DNA from: Myxococcota bacterium
GTDB taxonomy: Bacteria; Myxococcota_A; UBA9160; SZUA-336
DNA length: 64,000 bases
Direction of reading: 5' to 3'
Assembly (NCBI GenBank): GCA_965247115.1
Contig: CBDFGR010000002.1
Coordinates: 832,001 to 896,000, forward strand
Part shown: piece after piece, positions 9,565 to 19,055 of the stretch
Layout: each line of letters starts with the position of its first letter
Numbering within the stretch: position 1 is the first letter of the stretch
Notes under the pieces: generated by a model
Databases searched by the model: none
What the model was told of the DNA's origin: nothing
Seen by the model: the letters and a program-made list of their open reading frames with translations, nothing else
Made by a program: the position numbers and the translations under genes

Positions 9565-10578
9565 TTACGATCCGAAGATCGGCTCCTTGACCAGTCGCGG
9601 GATGACCGGCACGAAGTAGAACTTGAGCAAGAACTTCTTGCCGTAGTTCTTCGGGCTCTTCACGAACCAGTTGAATTCGGCGCCAACTCGGACAGGCATG
9701 GGCCCCAGGAAGAAGGTCCTACTGATGCCCAGTCCAATCGGGATGCTCCACTTGTCATCACTGTCGGCCTCCCAGTTGACGTCGATCATCGGGGCCGCTC
9801 CGATGCTCCACTGTCCTTTCCAGGGCGGCTTGTAATAGTAGATGTACTGGATCTGGGACGTCTTGACGCGCGCCCGGTCGCTGTTCCCCCCGATGGACCA
9901 GAGGTGGTGCTGGTGGAAAAGCCCGAAGGTCCAGCGGCCGTCCTTTGCGGGCAGTCGCATGAGGACGTTCGACGGCCCGAACGAGTACCGTTCCGACCCG
10001 AATTGATCCTCGGTCGCCGTCGGGAAGCGAAACGCCGGTCCCACGCCCCAGACGAACTTGGACCCATCGGAGAGTTCCCTGGGCTCGGCCGGTGAGAGCA
10101 TCGACCACACCATGATGTCGCCCCACGCGGTCTCACGGCTCGAACTGACGTTGGAGAGCAGCAGGTCTTTCGGCGAGGGGCGGCTGTTGCAGTTGCCCGG
10201 GCAGTCTCCGAACGTCGGTGGATTCAGACGGAGCAGAGGCGCGCTGACCAGCGGAATGATCGGTCGGGTGACCAGGTTCCAGTTCTTCGTGAGCGGGATG
10301 GGCAGGATGGGTTGAATCAAGAGGCTGTTGATCCATTGGGAGTCCGGCGCGGGATCTCCGCGGTAACGCGTCAGATCGTTTTCGGTGAAGATGATCCAGA
10401 GGTTTCCCAGCGGATTGTCCATCATTCGGGCAATCTCTTCGAGGGACATCCCCCCTCCACTCGAGTCACTCTCCGACGCGTCGTCGGACGTCTGGCCCCA
10501 CGCAGGTGTGGCCGCCATCAGCGCCGAGGTCAGAGTCAAAGCACAGACCAGAATCGAAGCTCGGTAGAAACCAGCCAT
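9565..10578 (-). CDS. Putative outer-membrane beta-barrel (family often mislabelled 'neuromedin U')
   Basis: Signal peptide; NPLGNL, IQPILPIPL...WNLVTRPIIP, WGVGPAF.FPTA, W.IPIGLG. Confidence 0.72.
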   Translation of the reverse strand: MAGFYRASILVCALTLTSALMAATPAWGQTSDDASESDSSGGGMSLEEIARMMDNPLGNLWIIFTENDLTRYRGDPAPDSQWINSLLIQPILPIPLTKNWNLVTRPIIPLVSAPLLRLNPPTFGDCPGNCNSRPSPKDLLLSNVSSSRETAWGDIMVWSMLSPAEPRELSDGSKFVWGVGPAFRFPTATEDQFGSERYSFGPSNVLMRLPAKDGRWTFGLFHQHHLWSIGGNSDRARVKTSQIQYIYYYKPPWKGQWSIGAAPMIDVNWEADSDDKWSIPIGLGISRTFFLGPMPVRVGAEFNWFVKSPKNYGKKFLLKFYFVPVIPRLVKEPIFGS

Positions 10579-10834
10579 CCCTGTCCTCCACAGCAGTGTT
10601 CACGCGAGAGCGGATACAAAGAAGCGTACAACGCACGCGCGATCTGGTACAAGCTGACGGGAGCGTGACCGGTCGGGATTCGCGATCTCCGATTCGGATA
10701 TGGCGAGGGGGGCTTTCGCTCGCCGCACGACACGCGGGAACTAGAATGGGAGGGCGACGGAGCGGAACCTCGACGGCGCTCGCGCTTCTATGCGATCCTG
10801 CTTCTTATCTCCCGCCGAGAACAGAGGGGAACGT

Positions 10835-11956
10835 ATGCCGCGTTCGACGATTGACAGGGCGGGTTCAACAAGCGGTTCAACAGCCCGAGTCCCCCGCTGG
10901 GATGAGCAACCGGAGACCATAAAGTTCATCCGCTTCGATGCCCTTCAGTATGAAGGTGCGTGGGAGCCGGAAGCCTACGATCCAGCATCGGCGCACGCGA
11001 CCTTCGAGAGTTCGATCGAAGATGCTATCGAGGCGGAGAAGCTCGGCTTTGACGGCCTGGTTACGACAGAGCATCACTTCGACGCGTGGACCCTGGTGCC
11101 ATCGCCGAACGTCTACCTCGCTGCCGTAGCGAGGGAGACGTCGAGGATCCGTCTCGGCCAGGCGGTCCAGGTGCTCAGCGTCCACAGCCCCTGGCGCCTC
11201 GCCGAGGAGCTGGGCATGCTCGACATGCTGAGCAATGGCCGGGCCGAGATCGGCGTGGGAAAGGGCAACTTCTCAGTCGAGCGAACCCGCTACACGCCGG
11301 CGGAGAGCGAGTTGCAGTCGCGATTCGACGAGGCCCTCGAGTTGCTCACCAAGGCGCTCCGCGATCACTCGATTACCTTCCACGGCAAGTACACGACCAT
11401 CAGCGAGCCGTCCACTGTCTACCCCAGACCCTTTGACACTTCGCTACGGATCTGGATTCCTGCGACGCGGCCCGAGACCGCCGAGCAAATCGGTCGCATG
11501 GGTCACAATCTGTATGGTCCCCTCTCTCCGGATGCCTATGGAACCCTCGAGCGCTATGTAGAAGCGGGACGGGCTGCCGGCCATCACCTTTCGGGCGCCA
11601 ACTACATGGTCGCGACATCCATCATCATCGCGCCCTCAGAAGTGGAGGCCAAGGAGGCGCAGGCTCATGCGAGAGAGATCGCTTGGGATGCGATGATGCG
11701 CAGGGGGCTCCCCAAGCCAGAAGCCGAGCTGTACCTTCCCCTATTCGGAGGTGCCATCATCGGCTCCCCCCAGGCCGTCCTGGATCAATTGAGCCAGGGC
11801 CTCCTTGCGAGCGGCGCGCGGCGCCTCAATCTGGTTATCCGCATGCGCGGAATTCCGCAGGAGGTAGCCAGACAAACGCAGCGGATGTTTGCTTCGGAGG
11901 TAATGCCGCATCTGAGGAGCTTGCAGCCCGGGATCGGGGAGTCCCGCGACTCATAA
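10835..11956 (+). CDS. LLM-class oxidoreductase; start uncertain (family-like start IKFIRF at 10918 is ATA)
   Basis: AEKLGFDG...TEHHF, PWRLAEE..MLDMLSNGRAEIGVGKG, FASEVMP. Confidence 0.85.
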   Translation: MPRSTIDRAGSTSGSTARVPRWDEQPETIKFIRFDALQYEGAWEPEAYDPASAHATFESSIEDAIEAEKLGFDGLVTTEHHFDAWTLVPSPNVYLAAVARETSRIRLGQAVQVLSVHSPWRLAEELGMLDMLSNGRAEIGVGKGNFSVERTRYTPAESELQSRFDEALELLTKALRDHSITFHGKYTTISEPSTVYPRPFDTSLRIWIPATRPETAEQIGRMGHNLYGPLSPDAYGTLERYVEAGRAAGHHLSGANYMVATSIIIAPSEVEAKEAQAHAREIAWDAMMRRGLPKPEAELYLPLFGGAIIGSPQAVLDQLSQGLLASGARRLNLVIRMRGIPQEVARQTQRMFASEVMPHLRSLQPGIGESRDS

Positions 11957-12100
11957 ACACTACGTAGCGATCGGCGTGCTGGAGGGCCTCGTGACCGAGG
12001 ACAAGCATTTCTCGACGGTGCGTGAGATACTTGAGCCTTCACCACGCGGCGTCAGTGAGTCGCGGACTGTAGCTCGATCCCTAATTTCATGAGGAACAGG

Positions 12101-13378
12101 ATGAAGACAGGTCGTTGGTTCGCAGGAGTTGCCGCTGTAGCGGTGATGCTAGGAGTTGCCTGGACGCTGGAGGTGGACGTTCGCGTCCGGTCAGCTCAGG
12201 CGGAGTCGAACAAGGAGTGGCCAAGCACGAGTCCGTTTCCCCAGCACGAGGCGTACTTCCCGGGTAGCGAGACTCTCGACGAGGACGAGATGCGAGTTGT
12301 CGCATGCGGTACTGGCATGCCTCAGCCGCGCCTCAAGCAGGCCGCGGCTTGCTTCCTTGTCGAGCTAGGGAACGGCGACAAGTTCATCTTCGACATGGGG
12401 GAGGGATCGTTCGAGCGCATCATGGCGCTGGGTATCCCCCTCGACCAGCTCGACAAGGTCTTCCTCGGGCACCTCCACCTTGACCACGCAGGCGACTTTC
12501 CGGCCTTCTACTTCACCGGGCCCGTGAACAACCGGCTGACGCCGGTCCGCCTCTGGGGCCCGAGCGGCGTCCGACCCGGCTGGGGAACGAAGGCGTGGGT
12601 GGAGAACATGATGGAGATGTGGGCATGGGAAACGGCCACGCGCGGGAGCGCGGTGGATCCGCGCGGGCTCGAGCTCGAAGTTAACGAGTTCGACTGGATG
12701 GGGGTCAACGAAGTGATCTACGACGAGAATGGCGTAGTGATTCGCACCCTTCCCGCGATCCACGGGGACCAGTCCGTGAGCTTTCTCCTCGACTGGAAGG
12801 GACTTCGCTTTGCGTTCTCTAGCGACAACATGCCCAACAAGTGGTGGCGCGAGCATGCAGTCAACGCCGACCTGTCTGTCCACGAGTGTTTCATTCCGCC
12901 GCAAATGATGGTGGAGCGCTACGGCATGACCCCCAGCGAGGCCGTGTTCGTCGGCACCCAGGGCCACACGGCAGCTCAGGCCTTCGGCAAGATCATGTCG
13001 CTCACGAAGCCAAAGCGCGCGGTCTGCTACCACTTCCAGAACGACTTCGACACCCAGCTAGCAGTCGCGTCAGAGATCCGCAAGACCTACGACGGCCCGC
13101 TCGATCTCGCGCTGGACTTCATGACCTGGAACGTCACCAAGGACGGTATCCGCACGCGTATGGGCGTGCCGAACCACGAGAGCTTCCCGGCCCCGCCCCA
13201 GCGTCAGAAGCAGCCACCGGACTCGATGAAGGCTTACCAGTGGACGAAGTTTAGCCTGAGCGGAGTCGAGCCGGAGTCGGCCGCGGTCACGAACGCGCTC
13301 ATCGAAGCCTTCAACAAACACAACGGTACCGATCTGAAGCCGGCCCTAACCGGGCTTCCCTTCGTGGGCAGACAGTAG
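12101..13378 (+). CDS. RNase Z/GntH-like MBL-fold hydrolase, secreted
   Basis: Signal peptide, ACGTGMPQPR, GHLHLDH, VHECF, GHTAAQAFGK; RBS GAGGA before ATG 12101. Confidence 0.88.
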   Translation: MKTGRWFAGVAAVAVMLGVAWTLEVDVRVRSAQAESNKEWPSTSPFPQHEAYFPGSETLDEDEMRVVACGTGMPQPRLKQAAACFLVELGNGDKFIFDMGEGSFERIMALGIPLDQLDKVFLGHLHLDHAGDFPAFYFTGPVNNRLTPVRLWGPSGVRPGWGTKAWVENMMEMWAWETATRGSAVDPRGLELEVNEFDWMGVNEVIYDENGVVIRTLPAIHGDQSVSFLLDWKGLRFAFSSDNMPNKWWREHAVNADLSVHECFIPPQMMVERYGMTPSEAVFVGTQGHTAAQAFGKIMSLTKPKRAVCYHFQNDFDTQLAVASEIRKTYDGPLDLALDFMTWNVTKDGIRTRMGVPNHESFPAPPQRQKQPPDSMKAYQWTKFSLSGVEPESAAVTNALIEAFNKHNGTDLKPALTGLPFVGRQ

Positions 13379-13397
13379 TACTCGTAACTGACGCCCG

Positions 13398-14906
13398 GTG
13401 GTTTTCTCCAGACGAGAAGCGCTCACTCTTCTGGGCGGGGGCGCGGTGGCATCGCTGTGCACTGCCTGCTCTCCGAGGTCTTCTTCTCCGCGTGCGGATG
13501 TCTCGCTCGAAGGACCCCTCCACTACGCGAGCTTGCTCGACGTCTCCCGCCTGATCGAGGCAGGCGAGCTCTCCCCGGTCGAGCTAGCGGAGACGATCCT
13601 CGCTCGAATCGAGCTGCTCGACGGCAGCCTCCACAGCTATCTGACGGTACTGGCCGACAGTGCAAGGTCTGCGGCTCGGGCAGCGGAACAGGAAATTGTT
13701 GCCGGCAACCACCGAGGGCCACTCCACGGCGTACCGATCGCCGTGAAGGACCTCTGTTACACGGAGGGTGTACCAACGACCGGTGGTCTCACGTTCATGG
13801 CCGACTTCTTGCCTGACTACGATGCGACGGTGGTTACTCGCCTGGCCGACGCCGGAGCCGTCATCCTCGGGAAGCTCAACCTCACCGAGGGGGCGATGGC
13901 CGGCTATCACCCGGACTTCCCGATACCGGTCAATCCATGGGACGAATCGCTCGCCGTCGGCGGATCGTCCAGCGGATCGGGCGTCGCAACGGCGGCGGGC
14001 CTCTGCTACGCGTCTTTGGGTACCGACACGGGAGGCTCCATCCGCTTCCCGTCGGCAGCAAACGGCATTGTCGGCCTGAAGCCCACGTACGGACGTGTCA
14101 GCCGATACGGGGTCATCGAGCTCGCGGGATCCTTGGATCACGTGGGGCCAATGACACGGTATGTGTCCGATGCCGCCGCGATGTTCGAGGCTATCGCTGG
14201 ATCGGACCCCAACGACTCCACGTCGCTGTCCGACCCCGTCCCCGGCATTCTCCAAACGCTGACCGGTGACATCGGCGGCATGCGTATCGGGTACGACCGT
14301 GCGTACGCGACGGATGACATCGATCCGGGCCTGGTCGCGGCGCTGGCGTCTGCGCTCGGGGTGATCGAAGGACTAGGGGCCGAGGTCGTGGACGTGACCC
14401 TGCCCGAGTTCACCGCGGACCACTTCGATATGTGGATTGCCCTGTGCTCCTACGAGGCCGTCCGTGCGCACTCCGCGACGTTCCCGATCAGAGCCGCGGA
14501 CTACGGAGCTTTCATGCGCGGCTTTCTGAAAATCGGGTCGACCGTCACCGACGAGGCCTATACCGCCCTGCGGGCAGACTTCGCCAACCGTTTCCGCGAG
14601 GCCATGTCCTCGATCGACGCCGTGCTCTGTCCGGCGGGGCACGTTCCCTCCCCGGCCTCCGAAGAGGTCGGGTACGGTGGAATAGAGGCTATCGAAGCAG
14701 CTGCGGAGAGCCCGAACCTCCGGTTCACCTTCCCGGCGGACCTCGCCGGTACGCCGACAATCACGTTGCCCTGCGGCGCCAATGACAGCGGAGCTCCCTA
14801 CGCAATGCAACTCATGGGCGGCCGGTTAACCGAGCCTGTCCTCTGTCGCCTGGCGTACGCCTATGAGCAGGCTACCGAGTGGCATTCGCGACATCCTGCT
14901 GTGTGA
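13398..14906 (+). CDS. Amidase signature enzyme with Tat-lipoprotein-like leader
   Basis: AVKD (Lys), GGSSSGS, GTDTGGSIRFP; N-terminus SRREAL...CTAC. Confidence 0.92.
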   Translation: MVFSRREALTLLGGGAVASLCTACSPRSSSPRADVSLEGPLHYASLLDVSRLIEAGELSPVELAETILARIELLDGSLHSYLTVLADSARSAARAAEQEIVAGNHRGPLHGVPIAVKDLCYTEGVPTTGGLTFMADFLPDYDATVVTRLADAGAVILGKLNLTEGAMAGYHPDFPIPVNPWDESLAVGGSSSGSGVATAAGLCYASLGTDTGGSIRFPSAANGIVGLKPTYGRVSRYGVIELAGSLDHVGPMTRYVSDAAAMFEAIAGSDPNDSTSLSDPVPGILQTLTGDIGGMRIGYDRAYATDDIDPGLVAALASALGVIEGLGAEVVDVTLPEFTADHFDMWIALCSYEAVRAHSATFPIRAADYGAFMRGFLKIGSTVTDEAYTALRADFANRFREAMSSIDAVLCPAGHVPSPASEEVGYGGIEAIEAAAESPNLRFTFPADLAGTPTITLPCGANDSGAPYAMQLMGGRLTEPVLCRLAYAYEQATEWHSRHPAV

Positions 14907-15120
14907 ACCGCCAAAGGGCGAGTTCGAGCGCGCGGTGCCCGGCTTTCAGCAGAGCTGGGTGAGCGATTTCGCGGAGTTGAGGAGATCACAGTCCCCATCT
15001 AGTATGCTGCGTGTCTCACCAGACAGGAAGCACCCAGATGCCCAGCTACGACTCGATCGTCCGCAACGGGCAAGTGCACCGGCGCGCTGCCCGGGTCGCT
15101 CGCAGCACGAACTACACGGT

Positions 15121-16002
15121 ATGACCAAGCTCCAGACCTACTTTGCCGCGTATTCGCCATCCGAGAGCGAGACAGCAACAAGCCCCACATTGGAACGGGT
15201 TGATCCCAGCAGTGGCTCCAAAGCGATTGCACGCCTACTTGAGCGAGACGGGGCGGTTGTAGTGGAGAACGCGCTCAGCGCCAGTCAACTGAATAGTCTG
15301 AACACAGAGCTCGATGTGGTCGCCGAGGGTGTCGCTCCGGGTCTTCGTCATCCCTCCCACGAGGATGTGATCGAGTTCTATGGTCACAACACGATACGTC
15401 TCGATGGGTTACCGGCGCGCTCCGAGACGTTTCGGGAAGTCATGACCTCACAACCGATTTGTGGGGTAGCGGATGAATTGTTGCTTCCCAATTGCGACGA
15501 CTATCTGCTTAACACCGGTCAGTTGATTCAAATCGGACCCGGAGAGACCGGACAATTTCTACATCGCGACGAAGACGCGTGGGCTTTTTTTAGGCCCCCC
15601 AAACCGCTGCTGCAAGTGGAGGCGATGTTCGCGCTGACTGATTTCACCCAGGACAACGGAGCTACACACGTGGTTCTCGGGTCACACACATGGCCACCGG
15701 AGCGAGAGCCGAAGACAGAAGAAGTCACTCAGGCAGAGATGAGAGCGGGTTCCGCGTTATTTTACTTGGGTACAACCATTCACGGTGGCGGGGCCAATGA
15801 CACCAAAGACGAATGGCGTAGAGGGATGTTCTTCGGATTTGTCGTGGGGTGGCTGCGGACTGAAGAGAACACCTTTCTGACTGTGCCGATGGAGAAAGTC
15901 AAAGAAATGCCGCTCAGGGTGCAGGAGTTGCTGGGATACAAGGCGCATGTCGGTATTGGAGTCGCGGATGTCGGAAGCCCCATGGCTTTGCTGAGGAAGT
16001 AG
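15121..16002 (+). CDS. PhyH-family Fe(II)/2OG dioxygenase
   Basis: IGPGE..Q.LHRD, ALTDFT.DNGAT.VV.GSH, HGGGAN, WLRTEEN. Confidence 0.88.
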   Translation: MTKLQTYFAAYSPSESETATSPTLERVDPSSGSKAIARLLERDGAVVVENALSASQLNSLNTELDVVAEGVAPGLRHPSHEDVIEFYGHNTIRLDGLPARSETFREVMTSQPICGVADELLLPNCDDYLLNTGQLIQIGPGETGQFLHRDEDAWAFFRPPKPLLQVEAMFALTDFTQDNGATHVVLGSHTWPPEREPKTEEVTQAEMRAGSALFYLGTTIHGGGANDTKDEWRRGMFFGFVVGWLRTEENTFLTVPMEKVKEMPLRVQELLGYKAHVGIGVADVGSPMALLRK

Positions 16003-16050
16003 ACTTCGGGTCTGTATACCGGATCACCGTCACGCTCATCGCTCGCTGAA

Positions 16051-16884
16051 TCAGTCGAGCAGCTGCGCATACGTGTCGAGCTGCTTCAAGATCGCGTCCT
16101 CCGACTCGCTGGGCAGGCCCAGGATCATCCGTTCCACTCCGAGCTTCTCGATCTGCTCCAGCTCTCCTCGGCTGGTCGGCGCGAAGAAGAGTGACACGGA
16201 GATGGAGCTGCGATCACGGCCCTTCTCCTCGCAGAGACGCTTCAGCTGTCCGAGCCTCTCCTCCAGGTCACACGCGCCCAAGACCGGAAGCCAGCCGTCG
16301 GCGTAGTCGACGACGCGTTCGAGCGCCCACTTGGAGCTCGCACCAATCAGGACCGGAGGATGCGGCTTCTGCACGGGCTTCGGCTCGACCCAGGAGGGCT
16401 CAAAGTCGACGAACTCTCCATGATATTCGGCCTCCTTCTCGGTCCAGCACGCCTTCATTGCCAGGACACATTCCCGCGTCACCTTCCAGCGCTGCTCGAA
16501 CGCCACGCCGTGAGTCTCCAGCTCCTCGGCGTTCCAGCCCGCCCCGATCCCGAACAGGAAACGGCCCCCGGAGAGCACGTCGAGGGAGGCCACGCGCTTG
16601 GCCAGGGCAACGGGATGGTGCTCCGGCACCAGACAGATCCCCGTCCCCACCTTCAGCCGCTCGGTCACGGCGGCGGCCTGAGCGAGTCCGATGAAGGGAT
16701 CGTAAGACTCCCAGTAGTTGCTGGGCAGCTCGTCACCCAGCGGCCACGGCGAGCGCCTCGAGACCGGGATGTGCGTATGTTCAACGAAAAACAGCGACTC
16801 GAAGCCTCGTGCCTCCGCCTCGCGCGCCAGCGCGACAGGCTGAATCGAATACTCCGTCGGAAAGATCGATAACCCGATGTCCAT
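16051..16884 (-). CDS. F420-dependent LLM oxidoreductase (Rv2161c/TIGR03619-like)
   Basis: EHTHIPVSRRSPWP, GTGICLV, GAGWNAEE, PKPVQKPHPP. Confidence 0.88.
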   Translation of the reverse strand: MDIGLSIFPTEYSIQPVALAREAEARGFESLFFVEHTHIPVSRRSPWPLGDELPSNYWESYDPFIGLAQAAAVTERLKVGTGICLVPEHHPVALAKRVASLDVLSGGRFLFGIGAGWNAEELETHGVAFEQRWKVTRECVLAMKACWTEKEAEYHGEFVDFEPSWVEPKPVQKPHPPVLIGASSKWALERVVDYADGWLPVLGACDLEERLGQLKRLCEEKGRDRSSISVSLFFAPTSRGELEQIEKLGVERMILGLPSESEDAILKQLDTYAQLLD

Positions 16885-16986
16885 GACGTACCTCCAGACC
16901 ACAGGATATCATGCGCGAGAACCCGCCTGCGACGCGGGCCAAATTCCTCGGACCGTCGAGTCTGTCGTCACGTATGACGCCCAGCT

Positions 16987-17775
16987 TTACAGCGCGAGGG
17001 TAAATCCGCCATTCACCGGATACGTCTGGCCGGTAATCCAACTGTTGGAATCGGATGCGAGAAACAGAACCATGTTGGCAACGTCGGCGGGTTGCCCGGG
17101 TCGGCGAATAATGTAGTTCTGCATCCAACGTTTCAGCATTTCCGGGTTGGCCGTCGTCTTTTCCGTTGCGGGGGTGACGGTCAGAGCGATGGCCACGCAG
17201 TTTGCGGTGATCTGGTAGCGCCCCAGTGTTCGCGCCACGGAGCGCATGAATCCAGCCGCACCCGCTTTGGCCCCGGCGTAGAGCGCTAACCCCGCATCTC
17301 CATAGCGACCGGCGTCCGAAATCATGGTGATAATTCGACCACCTCTGGCTTCGATCATGCCTGGGATGACGGCGCTGGTGCAGTTGATAACGCCGTCGAA
17401 ATTGACGCCGATGTAGCCTTTCCACACGTCGGGACCGGTTTCCCAGAAAGGAGCGCGCAGCTCCGGACTCGGGTTCACACCCTGATTACCGGCATTGTTG
17501 ACCAGGACGCCAACGGGCCCGAGGTTTTCTGCGGTCTTGGCCACGGCGTCCTGCACAGCGTCGTAATCAGACACGTCCGCCTGCACCGCAAACGCCTTGC
17601 CGCCTGCTTGCCGAATCTCCTCTACGACGGACTCGGCGCGCTCGATGAAGTAGTCGTTTACCGCCACGCCGCCTGCATTGTGGGCCGCAAAATGCAGCGC
17701 AATCTGTCGGCCGACACCCTGTCCTGCGCCAGTGACGAAGGCGACGCGGCCAGCCAGATCCAGAATATCACTCAT
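16987..17775 (-). CDS. Short-chain dehydrogenase/reductase
   Basis: TGAGQGVG, NNAG, YAGAK, ITGQ.YPVNGG. Confidence 0.92.
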   Translation of the reverse strand: MSDILDLAGRVAFVTGAGQGVGRQIALHFAAHNAGGVAVNDYFIERAESVVEEIRQAGGKAFAVQADVSDYDAVQDAVAKTAENLGPVGVLVNNAGNQGVNPSPELRAPFWETGPDVWKGYIGVNFDGVINCTSAVIPGMIEARGGRIITMISDAGRYGDAGLALYAGAKAGAAGFMRSVARTLGRYQITANCVAIALTVTPATEKTTANPEMLKRWMQNYIIRRPGQPADVANMVLFLASDSNSWITGQTYPVNGGFTLAL

Positions 17776-17875
17776 ACTTTCATCACTCCCTTTTCCAGTG
17801 GTTTCAAAGCCAAGCTCAGCACCTTCTAAAAGCCGAGCACCCGGGGAGCGGTCGCGGTGGAAAGCCGGCGAGCGG

Positions 17876-18238
17876 TCAGCCGAAGCGGGCGCTGTCCACG
17901 ACGGCGCGCAGGTGCGTCCCCTCGCTAATGATGCCCCGTGGCGAGTGGACCTGGACCTCGAACGTCAGACGACGCCGCTCGATCTTGGCGAGCCTGGCCT
18001 TCACGGTGACCTGCTCGCCCGAGCTTGCGGGCCCCGAGTGCGAGACGTTGATGTGCGTCCCCACCGACGTCTCCCCTTCGTCGAGGTGAGGGGCGATCGC
18101 CTGGAGGCAGGTCTGCTCGATGCACTGCACCATCGAGGGCGTGGACAGGACCTTCGCCGCCAGGTGGGGCGGCGACATGTCATCCGTCACGCTCCAGCTC
18201 TTCTCGGCCTGGAATCCTTCGGTCAGAGAGTTCTTCAT
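17876..18238 (-). CDS. Hot-dog thioesterase, FlK (fluoroacetyl-CoA thioesterase)-like
   Basis: VLSTPSM...E, TSVGTHINVSH, GTH.RAVV...F. Confidence 0.8.
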   Translation of the reverse strand: MKNSLTEGFQAEKSWSVTDDMSPPHLAAKVLSTPSMVQCIEQTCLQAIAPHLDEGETSVGTHINVSHSGPASSGEQVTVKARLAKIERRRLTFEVQVHSPRGIISEGTHLRAVVDSARFG

Positions 18239-18307
18239 TTGTTGCCTCATGATACCCGGATCGGCGCGGGGGGCGTCTTCCTTCCCGGGGTGATTTCAGG
18301 CGGGGTC

Positions 18308-18969
18308 CTAGATGCCTAGATCCTGCAGGTTGTAGTCCTTGAGGGTGGGCTGCAGGTCCAGCGTCCAGCGGTAGGAAGACTCCTGGCCCGCGAAGGGCTT
18401 GTAGACGTAGGGGCTCTCGTCGGGGAAGCGCTGCCGTCGCGCACTGATCGCGTACATGATCAACCTGGACCGCTCGCGGATGTAGTCGTCGTCGTAGACA
18501 GCGACGGGGTTGTGCACACCACCGCTCTCTACGCCCAGCACCGACTTGCGCCGGTGAAAGCCGAAGTTGATGGTCACCCGCACGTCCGGGCTCGTGTTCG
18601 CGAAGGAGCCGTGAATGACGACCCAGCTGAGGGTCCGCGCCTCACAGCCGACGCCGAGCGCCTCGTGGCCCTTGCGGTCGACCGTCGACCCCCGCTCCAC
18701 GGGCGCCCGTTCGAGCATGTCGGCCACGTCACGCTCGATGTCCTCGAGCTCCTCCGCCCTGAGCACACCCTCGAAGACGTAGAAGCCGCAGCGAGAGTAC
18801 GAGTCGAGAATCCTTCGGTCGAGGTTGCCCCCGCAGCGTCGAAGCGGATTGGACCGCGATTACCGAGGGCGACGGCTCGCTTCTCGCCCGCCGCTCGGTA
18901 GTCGCCCATGGCCGACTCGTCGGATCCGTAATCGACGATGGGGACCTGCTTCAAAGGTAGGTTTGCCAT
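18308..18969 (-). pseudogene. PhyH-like dioxygenase remnant (frameshift plus large internal deletion)
   Basis: LGNRGPIRFD shifts frame at C5 run 18828-18832 into ..GFYVFEGVL; TLSWV joins directly to VIHGSFANTS, so the HxD core is missing. Confidence 0.72.
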
Positions 18970-19055
18970 ACCCGGTCACCCCTTCATCGGTTCCGGACGT
19001 GATCTTGACCTATATAATCGCAACATGAAAGTCGAAGACTTGCCCTCGGGACTCC

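Noticed and set aside
8299..13378. Guanitoxin biosynthetic cluster
   Set aside because: Only GntH-like family members are present; no other pathway genes, and the family label does not imply toxin synthesis
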